Assembly: GCA_963674945.2 (NCBI GenBank)
Contig: CAXXWQ010000003.1
Coordinates: forward strand, 1,280,001 to 1,344,000
Origin: an uncultured Desulfosarcina sp.
GTDB taxonomy: Bacteria; Desulfobacterota; Desulfobacteria; Desulfobacterales; Desulfosarcinaceae
Length of the DNA: 64,000 nt
Direction of reading: 5' to 3'
The position numbers and the translations under genes are program-made. The notes under the pieces were generated by a model. That model did not search any database and had not been told where the DNA came from. It saw nothing but the letters and a program-made list of their open reading frames with translations. Positions 51,244-61,644 of the stretch are shown one piece after another (position 1 is the first letter of the stretch; every line of letters starts with the position of its first letter).

Positions 51244-52959
51244 AAAAAGAGACATCTGCCCCTTTACATCCAGCGCCATACCAAACTCGTCCTCGAAATC
51301 GTCCTGCAACTCCTGGATCTCACCGGGTGTGAGGCCGGCGATGTTGGCGGTAATCATATTGTCTTTTCCATCGGCTTCCAGGTTGTGGATACGACAGCCA
51401 TCGGGCAACATGGAGCGCAGCAGCGTTCGTGGTCCGGAGGGACGCCCCCTCTTTTTTGGCGCTTCGTATATCACCGTCCGGCAGGAGACCCGCTGGATGT
51501 GCCACTTCAGATAGGCGAAGCGTTCGTTCTCCGTCTCGGGGGATCGAAAGGTGACCCTGAGCGTCGTATCATCCAAATGCAACCGGGAACCCGCCACACC
51601 CGCCTGCTTGAGGATTTTCCGAGTCTCGTCTCGGGCCTCCTTGACGCTGCATTCTCCCTCCCGCGCCTCGTAATGGAGCACCGGTTCGCCGTCCAGCCCG
51701 GCGGTCACGACCTCCGGCGGCAGGCTCATCAGAATGGATTGTACCTCTTCCAGGCAAACGGCGTCACGAATGCGCAAGAACGCATCGGGACAGGTCACCT
51801 TGATTCCGGAGAGAGACTGGGCCTGACGGAAGGGATCCGAACCACGACTCCTCCACTGTTTGGAAAGTCCTGCCATCTGGGCCGCCCCGTATTGCAGTGG
51901 ATGGACGCTTCTGTCGACGATGTCGATGACGGTGCAGGCATTCTTTCCAGGGGCCGTTCGCAGCCCCCGTCCGATACACTGGGTGTAAACCAGGGGCGAA
52001 GTAGTGGGCCTTGCCATGAGGATGCACGCAACGGTGGGGTCGTCGAATCCCTCGGTGAGCACCCCGTAGTTGGTCAACACCTGGATCTCACCCTTTGTAA
52101 AACGCTTCAGGATCTCTTCCCGATTCTTGCTCTTGCCGTCGATCTTCTCGGCCCGCACCCCCAAGGTGCAGAAGTCGGCGGCAAGATCCTGGGCGTGGTC
52201 GATACCGGCACAAAAGGCGATGGTCTTCCCTCCTTCACCCCGTTCCATCCACGCCTGTAAGGTCAACGCCCGGGTCTTAGGGGTGTTCATCACCCGTGAG
52301 AGGGCGCCCACCTGGAAATCGCCGGCCGACATCTTGACCCTATCCAGCTTGAGGTTCCCACGAATTGTGAAATACCGCATGGGCACCAGATAACCGAGAT
52401 CCTCCAGGTCCGGGCGGGAGATTTCGAATGCCGTTCGACCGAAGACGTCCAGGGCGGACTTGCCGTCCGTCCGCTGGGGGGTGGCCGTCATTCCGAGCAG
52501 TAACGTATCTCGATCTGCCTGGGTGTGAAAGTAGTCGATCACCTCCCCCCAACTCGGCGCCAGTGCCCGGTGGCATTCATCGCAGATGATCAAGGCGTAG
52601 GCTTTGGGATCGTAATTCTCTTTCCTGCGCACCAGAGATTGGACCGATGCCAGGACAATGGCGCCGTTGCCATGGGCCGTCCTCGTACCCTGCTCGATCT
52701 GCACCTTGATTCCCGGCAGATGCCGCCGGATGGTACGGGCGGTCTGGTCGATGATCTCCTTTCGATGGGCCACGAAGAGAACCTTGCCGAACCCTTTCGT
52801 GGTTCTAAGGGCCTTGATGATGTGGGTGGCGATCACGGTTTTCCCGGCACCGGTGGGAAGATAGAGAAGCATGCGCCGCTGGTTCTTTTCCTGGTACCGT
52901 GAAACGACGGCGGCAACTGCCTTTTTCTGATAGGGTCGAAGCCGAAATGGTTTGGTCAT
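51241..52959 (-). CDS. SF2 DEAD/DEAH-like (ResIII-type) helicase with uncharacterised C-terminal region
   Basis: LRPYQ, LPTGAGKT, DECHR, GMTATP, LTEGFD, YTQCIGRGLR; C-terminus QMSLF. Confidence 0.9.
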   Translation of the reverse strand: MTKPFRLRPYQKKAVAAVVSRYQEKNQRRMLLYLPTGAGKTVIATHIIKALRTTKGFGKVLFVAHRKEIIDQTARTIRRHLPGIKVQIEQGTRTAHGNGAIVLASVQSLVRRKENYDPKAYALIICDECHRALAPSWGEVIDYFHTQADRDTLLLGMTATPQRTDGKSALDVFGRTAFEISRPDLEDLGYLVPMRYFTIRGNLKLDRVKMSAGDFQVGALSRVMNTPKTRALTLQAWMERGEGGKTIAFCAGIDHAQDLAADFCTLGVRAEKIDGKSKNREEILKRFTKGEIQVLTNYGVLTEGFDDPTVACILMARPTTSPLVYTQCIGRGLRTAPGKNACTVIDIVDRSVHPLQYGAAQMAGLSKQWRSRGSDPFRQAQSLSGIKVTCPDAFLRIRDAVCLEEVQSILMSLPPEVVTAGLDGEPVLHYEAREGECSVKEARDETRKILKQAGVAGSRLHLDDTTLRVTFRSPETENERFAYLKWHIQRVSCRTVIYEAPKKRGRPSGPRTLLRSMLPDGCRIHNLEADGKDNMITANIAGLTPGEIQELQDDFEDEFGMALDVKGQMSLF

Positions 52960-52969
52960 GGCTGTTCAA

Positions 52970-54040
52970 TTATCGCAATGCGGCCAGTATGTCCGCGGTG
53001 GTCAGCCCCTCCTGGGGCCATCGCTCATCGTCGGCTTTTTCCAGGTACCTCTCTGCCAGTTCGTCGCCGAGCCAATGCTTTGCCAGGATCGGGTCGCGGT
53101 CTCTTTCCTGGGATCGGGCGTAGGAAACCGATAAATCCTTTTCCAAAAGCGCCCGGTAAAGGCCCTTTTCCGCTTCCATGGGCTGCATCTTTCTCTCCTC
53201 CCGGTATCCGTTGATGCGGCACGGGATGGCGATACCGGCAGGATCCAAGTCCCCGAAGTAACGGATGCCGTCTGCGGCCACCTGGAGTCGGATCTCCTCC
53301 AGGCCGTCGCTGGCGCGTTCGGCGGCACATGCCGTAAAGCCCTGACCGTAGACGACGGCGGCGTACCGATGAAGGTCATCGTTGGCCCGGAAGCAGCTCC
53401 AGTAGGTATTGGCGTTTTCCACCACCAGCAATGGTTTGCCTTGGGTCTGCCGTACATCCAGGGAGAAGGATCGAAAGGGAAGCGGTTCGGGACAATAGAA
53501 ACAGTCCAGGTCTTCCAGGGTGATGCGGCCGCCGAACATGCCGGTGCGCACGTATCGATCCAGGGCCTTTTCGTCGCCGAATATCTCCAGGGCGCGTTCC
53601 CGATGGGGCACACGTATCTGCCGCTGCGGACGGTGGAGAAGGTACCGGTTTATCCGTCTGGCACGTTTCAGTTCCCGCCTGGTGCGCAGGCTATGGGCAA
53701 AGGCCACCATTCGCGTGGGTTCCCATGCCGTTTCGTTGCGAAGGTCGGCCAGTGTCTTCTGTCTTGCCTGCTGAGTTTGATCCTCGGCGGTTCTTACGGC
53801 TGTGACGTACCCGGGCAGGCCGGTCCGTCGATCCCAGATATGCCTCGCCTTGGGAAGACGAAGACGGCCCTCTTTTGCCAACGCCGTAAGGGTCTCTTTG
53901 AGCCTGTCCTGGATTTCGAAATCGGTTCGAGGGCCGACGATGAGGCGACGAACGGCGGCTTCGATCTCGCCGATGGCCACCTGTTTTTTGCGGCTGGCAC
54001 CAAGCACCTGTAACACGGCATCACGCCATAACCGTTCCAT
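52970..54040 (-). CDS. jetD: Wadjet JetD-like TOPRIM nuclease
   Basis: RERALEIFGDEKAL, LLVVENANTY, VVYGQG, YFGDLDPAGI, WPQE. Confidence 0.85.
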   Translation of the reverse strand: MERLWRDAVLQVLGASRKKQVAIGEIEAAVRRLIVGPRTDFEIQDRLKETLTALAKEGRLRLPKARHIWDRRTGLPGYVTAVRTAEDQTQQARQKTLADLRNETAWEPTRMVAFAHSLRTRRELKRARRINRYLLHRPQRQIRVPHRERALEIFGDEKALDRYVRTGMFGGRITLEDLDCFYCPEPLPFRSFSLDVRQTQGKPLLVVENANTYWSCFRANDDLHRYAAVVYGQGFTACAAERASDGLEEIRLQVAADGIRYFGDLDPAGIAIPCRINGYREERKMQPMEAEKGLYRALLEKDLSVSYARSQERDRDPILAKHWLGDELAERYLEKADDERWPQEGLTTADILAALR

Positions 54041-57000
54041 CGCGCTTCTCCACGTTCAGCTCGGTAATCTCCAGCAGGTCATAGGCGACGCCGTCGATCT
54101 TTATTTTCCTCTCCCCTTTTCGGATGGCAACGCGAAGTTCGAACAGGTCCAGGGATTCGCGGTCATTGATGCCGGTAAGATAGACACACTGGATGCCCAT
54201 GGCCCTGGCCACTTTCAACTGCGCATCGAGAAAGTCCGATCGATTGCAGACCCCTAATGGGTTGTCCAGCACGAGGAAGGCGGGAATTCGCCCATCGGGC
54301 TGACTGTGTCGCCTTTTTCTCATGGAAATCAGCAGCGTATAGAGCAGTACCGCCGTTGTCAAGGCTTCCCCACCCGATCCCAGATCCTTTCCCACCGGCT
54401 CGTAGTTACGACCGGTATCGTCACATTTGATCAGCCGGATACCGAAAGTTTTCTTGCCGGTGGAAGCCCCCAGCAGCTGGTAGAGCAACTCCGATCCCAG
54501 GCAGTTTCCCGCCCTGGGATTCACCTCGGGCAGGCGGTCCTGCTGGATGAGTTCGTGAAGCCAATTCTCAACCGATCTCTTGAAATCCTCTTTGTACCGG
54601 ACAAAATCCAGCCTGGTTCCGGCGCGGAGGATGCTTCGGCCACCGTAGATGAACACGTCTTCGGGGATGGTGTGCTGGGCCGCCCCATGCAGCTTCTGAT
54701 GATACTCCTTGGCACGGGAAAGAAGCATATCCACGAGATTGTCGACGATCTGTTGAGAAATGGCAAGATCGCTCTCGATGTTTTGGGCGATGTCCTCGCA
54801 TCGCCGGATCAGTTCTTCCGCCTGGGCCCCGAGGGATTCGGGATCATGGCGCCGCAATTCATCGGTCACCGCAGGCAGGTGGCTTCGGAAGTGGTCCCCC
54901 TGAAGATCGGCCTGAAGGCGTTCGAAACCACCACCCAACCGCCGGCGGGCTGCATCCACGGCCTTTTTCTCCTCCTCCTGGGTCGTTTTCCGAAGGCGTA
55001 CCTGCTCCCGCAGGGCTCTTACCGCAGCCACCGTCTCCTCCGTGTCGGATGGCGCCAACGGATCCGTCCACGGGAATCTGGGGGAGTCGCCGTCCCAGAC
55101 GGGTGCAAAGGTCTCCGTCTGGACCAGACCGAGTTGCGTCTCCCGCTGCCACTTCTCGTGGACGGTGATCTGGTCCGATAGTTCCCTGCACCGCTTTGCC
55201 AGTCGCGCGCAGTTCTGTTCGTGGCGCAACGATTCACGCTGGAGGCGATGGATCATGGCGCTCGCATCCTGGCCGGCAAGTGTCTTCTCCACGATATCCG
55301 GCTGGATGCCTTTCTTTGCCAGTTCAAAAACCTGTTCTCTCAGCTTCTGGCTGTCCCGCCCTAGGTATTCGATCTCAGACTGCAGGCTGCCGGTTGCCCT
55401 CGTGCGTTTCTCAATTTCGCCGGCCAGCCACTGGCTTCGCACCTCCCGGTCGGCAGAACTCCGGGACGCCCAGCTGTCGGCCTGCTTCTCGTCGTACGCC
55501 CGTTCCCGGCGCAACGTCTCGAGCCGGGCCTCCCGTTCTGCGAGGACGATCTGCAGCTCGTCCAGCTCCTTTTGCAAAACGTCCTTTCCCAACTCGTCCG
55601 CCTTATGGCGCTGGCGCCGTAAGGCGTCCTCGAAGAGTCCCTTCAGGGTCGGAAGGTCCATGGCCATTGCCTCTTCGGCTTCCTCTTGGGAAAGTGCGGC
55701 TACTTCCGGCTTTACAACGTCGCCGGCCCGTTCATCCAGCCCTTTGAGCAGGATGGACCGCTCGCGGATGTCCCCATGAAGATCGGCAATCTCTCCTTGG
55801 ATTCGTTGGCGTGTATCGCTTTCGGCGTCAATGCCATCCGCCAGCGTTTTTCTGTCGCCGATCATCTTTTCCGCTTCCTGCTGCCAGGTGGTAAGCCGGC
55901 CGTATTGTCGGAGCCAGGATTCGATCTGTTTCAACCGCTCCTCCAGGCGGGCCTCATCGGCAGTCATGGATTGGATGGCGTGATCCTGATCGGCTTTTCG
56001 CTGTCGAAAGTCTGAAAAATGCGCCTCCGTATCGGCGATTTCCGATGCCAGTTCGGTAAGAGTCCGTTCCAACTCCCTGACACGGTCGGAAAGGCCATCC
56101 ACCGCGGATCTATCCGGGAACGTCTCCCGGTACACGTGAAGATCCCGGCTGTCCGCCTCCATCTCCCGCAAAGAAGCGGTTTCCTCGCCGATCTTTTGGA
56201 AAAGGGCTTTCGTCTTCTCTCGCATTCGGCCCAGCGTCTCCTCCAAATGGCGTTTGGCGTACACATCCGGATCGGCAGGATGGATCACCACCTGCTTGAT
56301 GTCGGTCAACGAATCAGGCGTACACGGAGTGGAGAGAACGACGGGCCGGTGGAGCCATCGGGGTACGGGCAGTTCCATAACGGCCTCGATCACCTTTTCG
56401 GTGGCGGCCATGATTCCGGTGAACCGGCCGGGATCACTTTCCAGGAAACGGGCGATCTCCTCGGGCGCTTCATACAGCCCGGCCAGGTACTCGGGAAAGG
56501 ATTTCAACTCCCCGGGAGATATTCCGCTCTCATGGTAATGGGTGATGAGTTTTCTCGTCTGGGCATCGCCGGTCAACGATTTGGCATCGGTCAATTGTTT
56601 CAGTTCCATCGAAAGGTCGGCATGCCGCTTTTCCATTTTTGCCAGGCGGTCCCGCCCGCGAACGATGGTGTCGTCCAGCTTGGATACCAGCTCCGCGGCC
56701 GTGGGTTCGAGTACCGGATTGCCGGCCACCCGCTGGAGGTGGGGGGATGCCAGAAGCCGGTTTCGCTGCCGGGCCTCGGCATTCACGCGCTCTGTTGCCC
56801 GATCCTGTTGTGCCTGAACCTCCAGCCGCTTCTTATGAAGCATTCGCCACCGCTCCTCGCCGATCTTGATCTTCTCGTCCAGGTCGACCAACCGGCCTCT
56901 CGCGATGGTGATTCGCTCCTCCACGGAACGAATCTCTTCTTTCAGGCGATTTCTAGCGTCTTCCACAGATTCGCCCGACTGCATGCAAAGGGCCGAGCGG

Positions 57001-58424
57001 CTCTCTTCGGCCGCACGGATGCGGGCCAGGGTTTCGGAGATCTTCTCTTCGAGCGCCTCTTTTTGTGATTCGCGTTCGATCAGACATTTTGTTGACGATG
57101 CCAGGGAGGCATCGAGGTCCGATATCCGCTTTTTTCGTTCATCGATCTCGCGTATCACACGCCGTCGTTCCCCATCGAGGCGTGCATGATATTGAAGGGC
57201 AAGCCCATCCACCCGTCGAAACATGGGTTCAAGTTCTTCGTTGGCCTGGGACAGGGCCTCCCGCTTCGTCTTCGCCTCGGCACGGCGGCGCAGGACTTGG
57301 GAAAGGACATCTGCGGCTTTCAGGGCATTTTCCTCTCTCCTGAATCCCTGGATCTCCTCTCTTGCCCGGGCGATCTCTTGTTCGGCCCGTGCAATCTGAT
57401 CTTTGAGCTGAAAACCTTTCACCACCGACAAGTTGGCCTGGACGACTTCTCGCTGTGAGGATGCATCGTGGCGTTGACGCTCCGCCTCTTTCAAGCCCGG
57501 GTTGAGGATGTTCAGTTTCCTTGCCACCGTCTGATCCGCATTTTTCATCAAATGGGTCGCCTCCCCCAGGGTAACCTGGGAGGATTCCACCGCATCCTGC
57601 GCTTGTCGCCACTCCTTGGCCAGGGTCTCGAAGTCGACGATTCGCTCCTTCAGTTCTCGAATTGTGTTCAGCTGTGCGATTTTCCTGGGACGGTCCTCCA
57701 TCTTTCGCAGGGACTTGCCGATGGTGTCGCGCAGGGTGACGGCCGCATCCATGTCGGCCACGCACCCGAGAAAAAAATCTAAGAAATCGTCCTCGGACCG
57801 AAATTTGAATGCATCCTTGATCCCCCCTTCGCTACGGGCGAAATCGATCTGTCGCTCCATGAGCCAGGGGTCCAGACCCAACCGCTGCAAGGTATCGGTC
57901 CACTCCTTCTGGCTGGTGGTCTGTTGAACATGGGTCCCGATGAAGTCCCGCACGGTCCGCCAGGGTTGCTCCTCGTCGAGAAGTTGTTCCCACCTGTCGC
58001 GAAACAGGTCGAAAAGGTCAAGGGCATGAGCAATGAAAAAGATGCGCTCCACCTTGTCCGCCGCGCTACGGTGACGATAGAGAAGCTGGCCGAGGACAAG
58101 GTGTTCCTCGGGCTGTGTCTCGAACAAAGTGGGCTGGCCCAAATTGGCCATGTCCAGCATCACCACGGCGGGTCGACCCGGAATCAGATATTGGTCCAGG
58201 GTTTTGTCCCCGCTGGACTGAAGGTGCTGAACAAAGCGTCGCTGGTCCGGACAAAAAACGTTGAGAAGAAAAGAGAGGACGGTGGTTTTGCAGGTACCGT
58301 TGGCGGCGAACAATACGCCGTGGTCGGCATGGCCGCTCTCTCGAACGACGGGCACGAAGGCGTTTTGCAAAAGGTTCTCCCCGGCCGTAACGTCGCTGAT
58401 GAAAAATCTACAGAGTCGATACAT
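54021..58424 (-). CDS. jetC: SMC-like ATPase, Wadjet JetC/MksB-like
   Basis: 1467 aa; N-terminal P-loop AANGTCKTT, long coiled coils, signature SGGE, Walker B/D-loop LVLDNPLG. Confidence 0.85.
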   Translation of the reverse strand: MYRLCRFFISDVTAGENLLQNAFVPVVRESGHADHGVLFAANGTCKTTVLSFLLNVFCPDQRRFVQHLQSSGDKTLDQYLIPGRPAVVMLDMANLGQPTLFETQPEEHLVLGQLLYRHRSAADKVERIFFIAHALDLFDLFRDRWEQLLDEEQPWRTVRDFIGTHVQQTTSQKEWTDTLQRLGLDPWLMERQIDFARSEGGIKDAFKFRSEDDFLDFFLGCVADMDAAVTLRDTIGKSLRKMEDRPRKIAQLNTIRELKERIVDFETLAKEWRQAQDAVESSQVTLGEATHLMKNADQTVARKLNILNPGLKEAERQRHDASSQREVVQANLSVVKGFQLKDQIARAEQEIARAREEIQGFRREENALKAADVLSQVLRRRAEAKTKREALSQANEELEPMFRRVDGLALQYHARLDGERRRVIREIDERKKRISDLDASLASSTKCLIERESQKEALEEKISETLARIRAAEESRSALCMQSGESVEDARNRLKEEIRSVEERITIARGRLVDLDEKIKIGEERWRMLHKKRLEVQAQQDRATERVNAEARQRNRLLASPHLQRVAGNPVLEPTAAELVSKLDDTIVRGRDRLAKMEKRHADLSMELKQLTDAKSLTGDAQTRKLITHYHESGISPGELKSFPEYLAGLYEAPEEIARFLESDPGRFTGIMAATEKVIEAVMELPVPRWLHRPVVLSTPCTPDSLTDIKQVVIHPADPDVYAKRHLEETLGRMREKTKALFQKIGEETASLREMEADSRDLHVYRETFPDRSAVDGLSDRVRELERTLTELASEIADTEAHFSDFRQRKADQDHAIQSMTADEARLEERLKQIESWLRQYGRLTTWQQEAEKMIGDRKTLADGIDAESDTRQRIQGEIADLHGDIRERSILLKGLDERAGDVVKPEVAALSQEEAEEAMAMDLPTLKGLFEDALRRQRHKADELGKDVLQKELDELQIVLAEREARLETLRRERAYDEKQADSWASRSSADREVRSQWLAGEIEKRTRATGSLQSEIEYLGRDSQKLREQVFELAKKGIQPDIVEKTLAGQDASAMIHRLQRESLRHEQNCARLAKRCRELSDQITVHEKWQRETQLGLVQTETFAPVWDGDSPRFPWTDPLAPSDTEETVAAVRALREQVRLRKTTQEEEKKAVDAARRRLGGGFERLQADLQGDHFRSHLPAVTDELRRHDPESLGAQAEELIRRCEDIAQNIESDLAISQQIVDNLVDMLLSRAKEYHQKLHGAAQHTIPEDVFIYGGRSILRAGTRLDFVRYKEDFKRSVENWLHELIQQDRLPEVNPRAGNCLGSELLYQLLGASTGKKTFGIRLIKCDDTGRNYEPVGKDLGSGGEALTTAVLLYTLLISMRKRRHSQPDGRIPAFLVLDNPLGVCNRSDFLDAQLKVARAMGIQCVYLTGINDRESLDLFELRVAIRKGERKIKIDGVAYDLLEITELNVEKRDGTVMA

Positions 58425-59196
58425 CTTCTTCTCCCGATTCCACTACCGGTTCTTTCTCTTCCTCTTCATATTCCACCAGAATGTCCCGAAAGGCGTGAAA
58501 GGAATAAACGATCCCCTCCCGCATGGCGGTCTGATAAGCCGGTGTGGGGCGGTACTCCATGTCGCCGGGAGTCTCTTCGAAAAGGAGAAGGTAGCCAGTT
58601 TCCACCAAATGCTCCAGTACCTGACGCACCAGGTCTACCCAACTATTGCCGGCGCCGGCACGCAGACGGTCGGGGTTGTCCTCGGGCAGCTCCCGCAGGC
58701 GCCGGGCCACGGTACGAACCTGGGGATGCAGCCGATCCTCCTCTTCGGAAAGGGCGGCCTCGGCGTGTGCAAAACGGCGTAGAATATCGATCACATCCCT
58801 CAAGACGATGGCGCCCAGGTCTTCCACGGGCATGTCCAGGTCCGCCTCGGTGGGAAAAAGCGCGGTGGCGATGGCGCAGTGAACCGGAAGGACATCCGCG
58901 GCCCTCAGGTCGCTTCGGGCCAGCAGGCGGCCATAGTCGGTAAGGGTTGTGGCAAAAAATCCGTCTGCGTTTCGGGCCGACAGGCGCAGGCCGCCCTCTT
59001 CCAGGGCAAGCAGCCGAAGTTCCATGGCCCGCAGGGCCGCAATCACGGCCTGGCGAAAGGCCTCTTCCGCCTGAAACCGCTGCACCAGCTCGGTCATCTC
59101 CGTGCTGTTCTGGGTCACGATGCGCTTTCTTCCACTGCTGTAGGCCAGGCTCAAGTAGACGAGTCGACCGGCATCGTATATCGTCTCCGCGTTCAT
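58408..59196 (-). CDS. jetB: Wadjet JetB-like (KITE) subunit
   Basis: 262 aa, between the putative kleisin and SMC, winged-helix-like end LVETGYL..YRPTPAY; assigned mainly by synteny. Confidence 0.65.
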   Translation of the reverse strand: MNAETIYDAGRLVYLSLAYSSGRKRIVTQNSTEMTELVQRFQAEEAFRQAVIAALRAMELRLLALEEGGLRLSARNADGFFATTLTDYGRLLARSDLRAADVLPVHCAIATALFPTEADLDMPVEDLGAIVLRDVIDILRRFAHAEAALSEEEDRLHPQVRTVARRLRELPEDNPDRLRAGAGNSWVDLVRQVLEHLVETGYLLLFEETPGDMEYRPTPAYQTAMREGIVYSFHAFRDILVEYEEEEKEPVVESGEEDVSTL

Positions 59197-60807
59197 TTAG
59201 CGCTCCTGTTGGGGTCGGGATGGGACCTTACGAATCAATCGGAGTTCATGCCCCCGATACCGCCGGCCTTTGCAAAGGTCCACGGCAATCCGAGTTCCGG
59301 GGTCGGGCAATTCCACCCGAATTCGGTTCCGGACGGCCAGGCGTCGCTCCACGGTGCACTGGAACACGGCCATGGCAACGGCCACGGGAAGGAGGTCGTC
59401 GTCATCCGAGCCGGCGGATTTGCGTGACGACGCCGCCAGCAACCGGCTGAGCAGAATTTCGCCATCTTTTTGCACCGTATCGTGAAGGAGTTCGAAAGCC
59501 GTGTGCATGAGCGATTCCGTGAGATCCGACGCGAAGTGCTGGACCGGAATCGTGTCGATCTCGTGAATGGTCTGTTTTCGGTCGCCGGGAACGTTTTTGC
59601 GTTCCAGTGCCCGGTCGCATGCCTCGATCACCGAGGCCGGATCGAACAAGGTTCGCTGGGCCGGCGGGTCGATGCGGGCAATGAACTGGGTCCCCACATC
59701 CGCCGCCTCGTCCTCGCCCAGTCGGCACAAACGGCGCATCACCTCTTCCATGGGGGGAAACACGCCGAGACTTCGCCTGCGAAAAAGTTTGAAGCTGTGG
59801 TAATGGTAGTCGTCCGGAAGCTGCTGAAGCTCGCCGGAGAGCTTCAGCAATTGGTCGTTGAGTCGTTCGAGCGTCTCGGCCAGCCGGTGAAGTTTGGCAT
59901 TGCGTTGCCCTTTGCCGGAGGCCATCAGGTTCTCGATGACCATATTATGCAGCCGCCGTCCCTCTTTCTGAATGGCCGTTGCCTGATGGACGCCCTCTTG
60001 TGCCAGCGCGCGCACATGTTCGAAGGCCACGGCGTGGATGTTTCGCCGGATCTGGCGGCGGGTGTTGTGAACTTCCAACGCTTTTCGGGAACACTGCTTT
60101 CGGTTCCCATCGGCAACGGAAAGGGCGTCATCCACATTTCCCCGCTCGATGAGCAGTTTGATCCGAAGATTGCCGATGGCCGCCGCGTCCAGTGCGCTGG
60201 TCTCGTGGAGCCCGAAATAGGCGGCGTATCCTTCGTCGGTTAGGGTGAAGAGGGCTTCGCGGCCTTCGCCGGTGTAAACCGTCTTGATCAGCCAGAACCG
60301 GCGAGTTTGGAAGCGGCCGATGGAACCGTCGAACCATGAGTATTGAAAGGGTAGATAGCGGTTGTTGCGGTTGACCAGATGATCGAACACCTTGTTGAGT
60401 ATGTCTGTCAACCCCTCAGTGGTTGCTTCGACACCGCAGGCGGAGACTTGCGCCCGGGCCAGAGGCAGGATTTTTTCCAGAACCTCGCCGCGGGTGGCAC
60501 CGGACTGATACTCGGTAAGCTCCGAAATGACATCTAAAATAGCAAAAGCGATCCACAAGGCATCCACCCCATCCCAGATGGCACCGGTGTCGTCCGGTTC
60601 GCTCTGTCCAAACCGGCGGGCCTCCAGTTCGAAGATGGGCCGCATAATGGAGGCGGAGTAAACCGCCCGGCTCACATCGGTCGTAAAACCCGGATCCGAA
60701 ACGCCTCCCGGATGGATGGAACGTGTCGACGCCTGGTTGTCTTCGTCGGGTGGCGTTGGTTTTTTCAGTTTCCTGGCAAAATCGATGAGGTCGAGTTGAA
60801 TGGGCAT
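59197..60807 (-). CDS. jetA: Wadjet JetA-like (kleisin) subunit
   Basis: First gene of the tightly coupled operon, about 536 aa, helical, FTLTDEG..IERGNVDDAL; assigned by size and synteny; start 60807 or 60867. Confidence 0.65.
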   Translation of the reverse strand: MPIQLDLIDFARKLKKPTPPDEDNQASTRSIHPGGVSDPGFTTDVSRAVYSASIMRPIFELEARRFGQSEPDDTGAIWDGVDALWIAFAILDVISELTEYQSGATRGEVLEKILPLARAQVSACGVEATTEGLTDILNKVFDHLVNRNNRYLPFQYSWFDGSIGRFQTRRFWLIKTVYTGEGREALFTLTDEGYAAYFGLHETSALDAAAIGNLRIKLLIERGNVDDALSVADGNRKQCSRKALEVHNTRRQIRRNIHAVAFEHVRALAQEGVHQATAIQKEGRRLHNMVIENLMASGKGQRNAKLHRLAETLERLNDQLLKLSGELQQLPDDYHYHSFKLFRRRSLGVFPPMEEVMRRLCRLGEDEAADVGTQFIARIDPPAQRTLFDPASVIEACDRALERKNVPGDRKQTIHEIDTIPVQHFASDLTESLMHTAFELLHDTVQKDGEILLSRLLAASSRKSAGSDDDDLLPVAVAMAVFQCTVERRLAVRNRIRVELPDPGTRIAVDLCKGRRYRGHELRLIRKVPSRPQQER

Positions 60808-61644
60808 TTGTTTTTCGTCGTCTGTGCGTCGTGGCGATTTCAATGGTATGACAATGATATAGCCCAATGCCTGTTGGTTTTCAATACGAACCGCGACGGA
60901 ATCGATGGTTGTGAAAATCCCGTCCAGAAAGCAGGATACGATTATCCTTGACTTTGATTGTGGCTATATTACATTGAAACAAGATTAAGATAAACGATGA
61001 AGCTTTATTCCTGCCGCGCATTTCACCTGTAACCACCGCCAACTGCAATGTGATACTGGTCCGCGTCCCGAACGAATCTGCTGTTGATGGGTGGCACATT
61101 GAAGTTTTCCGGCCTTCGGTCTTTCTGTCCGTATGCTCTCTTTCTGAATGACCGTCGCGTGTCGGACCAATACAAATTATCTTATCCCAAGCCGGCATCC
61201 TGGCCCCGGTTTGTCTTATCGAACATCGAAGTCGACGCGTCAGGTTGATCCCCGTATGTCGAGCCCGGTTGTTTCGTCAAAACTGCCATGTCAGGATACC
61301 GGCGGGATATTCCAATAGGAGCATGAACGGCGATCCAACAGTCAGTGAGGCAGCAAGACATTGGGGCTGGCCCTGTGGCGACCGGCCCGACCATAACCGG
61401 AAACGGAAACGATCCCACCTGCGATTTCCTCCCCGCGATTCAACATCAATACGAACACCACCGCACCTTTCCCTATAAGAGATGACATCTTTAATGGTGT
61501 TGTCAGTACCAAGACGTATATGGTAATCGTCTTAAAAGGTTTCTCATATTCCTGTTGGCCGATGCCGTCGGTGATGGCGTAACTTGTTGGCCGCCTCGCC
61601 CAAACGGGAATGGTTAAAAAAATCTGAAAGAAGGAGAGTATTCC

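Noticed and set aside
51241..52959. Type I or III restriction subunit
   Set aside because: No adjacent methyltransferase or specificity gene, and no clear PD-(D/E)xK motif recognised.
54021..58424. Housekeeping Smc, MukB or SbcC
   Set aside because: It is flanked by a TOPRIM JetD-like gene and two upstream accessory genes; there is no SbcD phosphoesterase or ScpAB, and the ATPase motifs are non-canonical.
60868..61644. Small ORFs, ncRNA or attachment site upstream of jetA
   Set aside because: The short ORFs have no recognisable motifs; I found no tRNA, riboswitch, integrase or direct repeat matching the other end of the operon.
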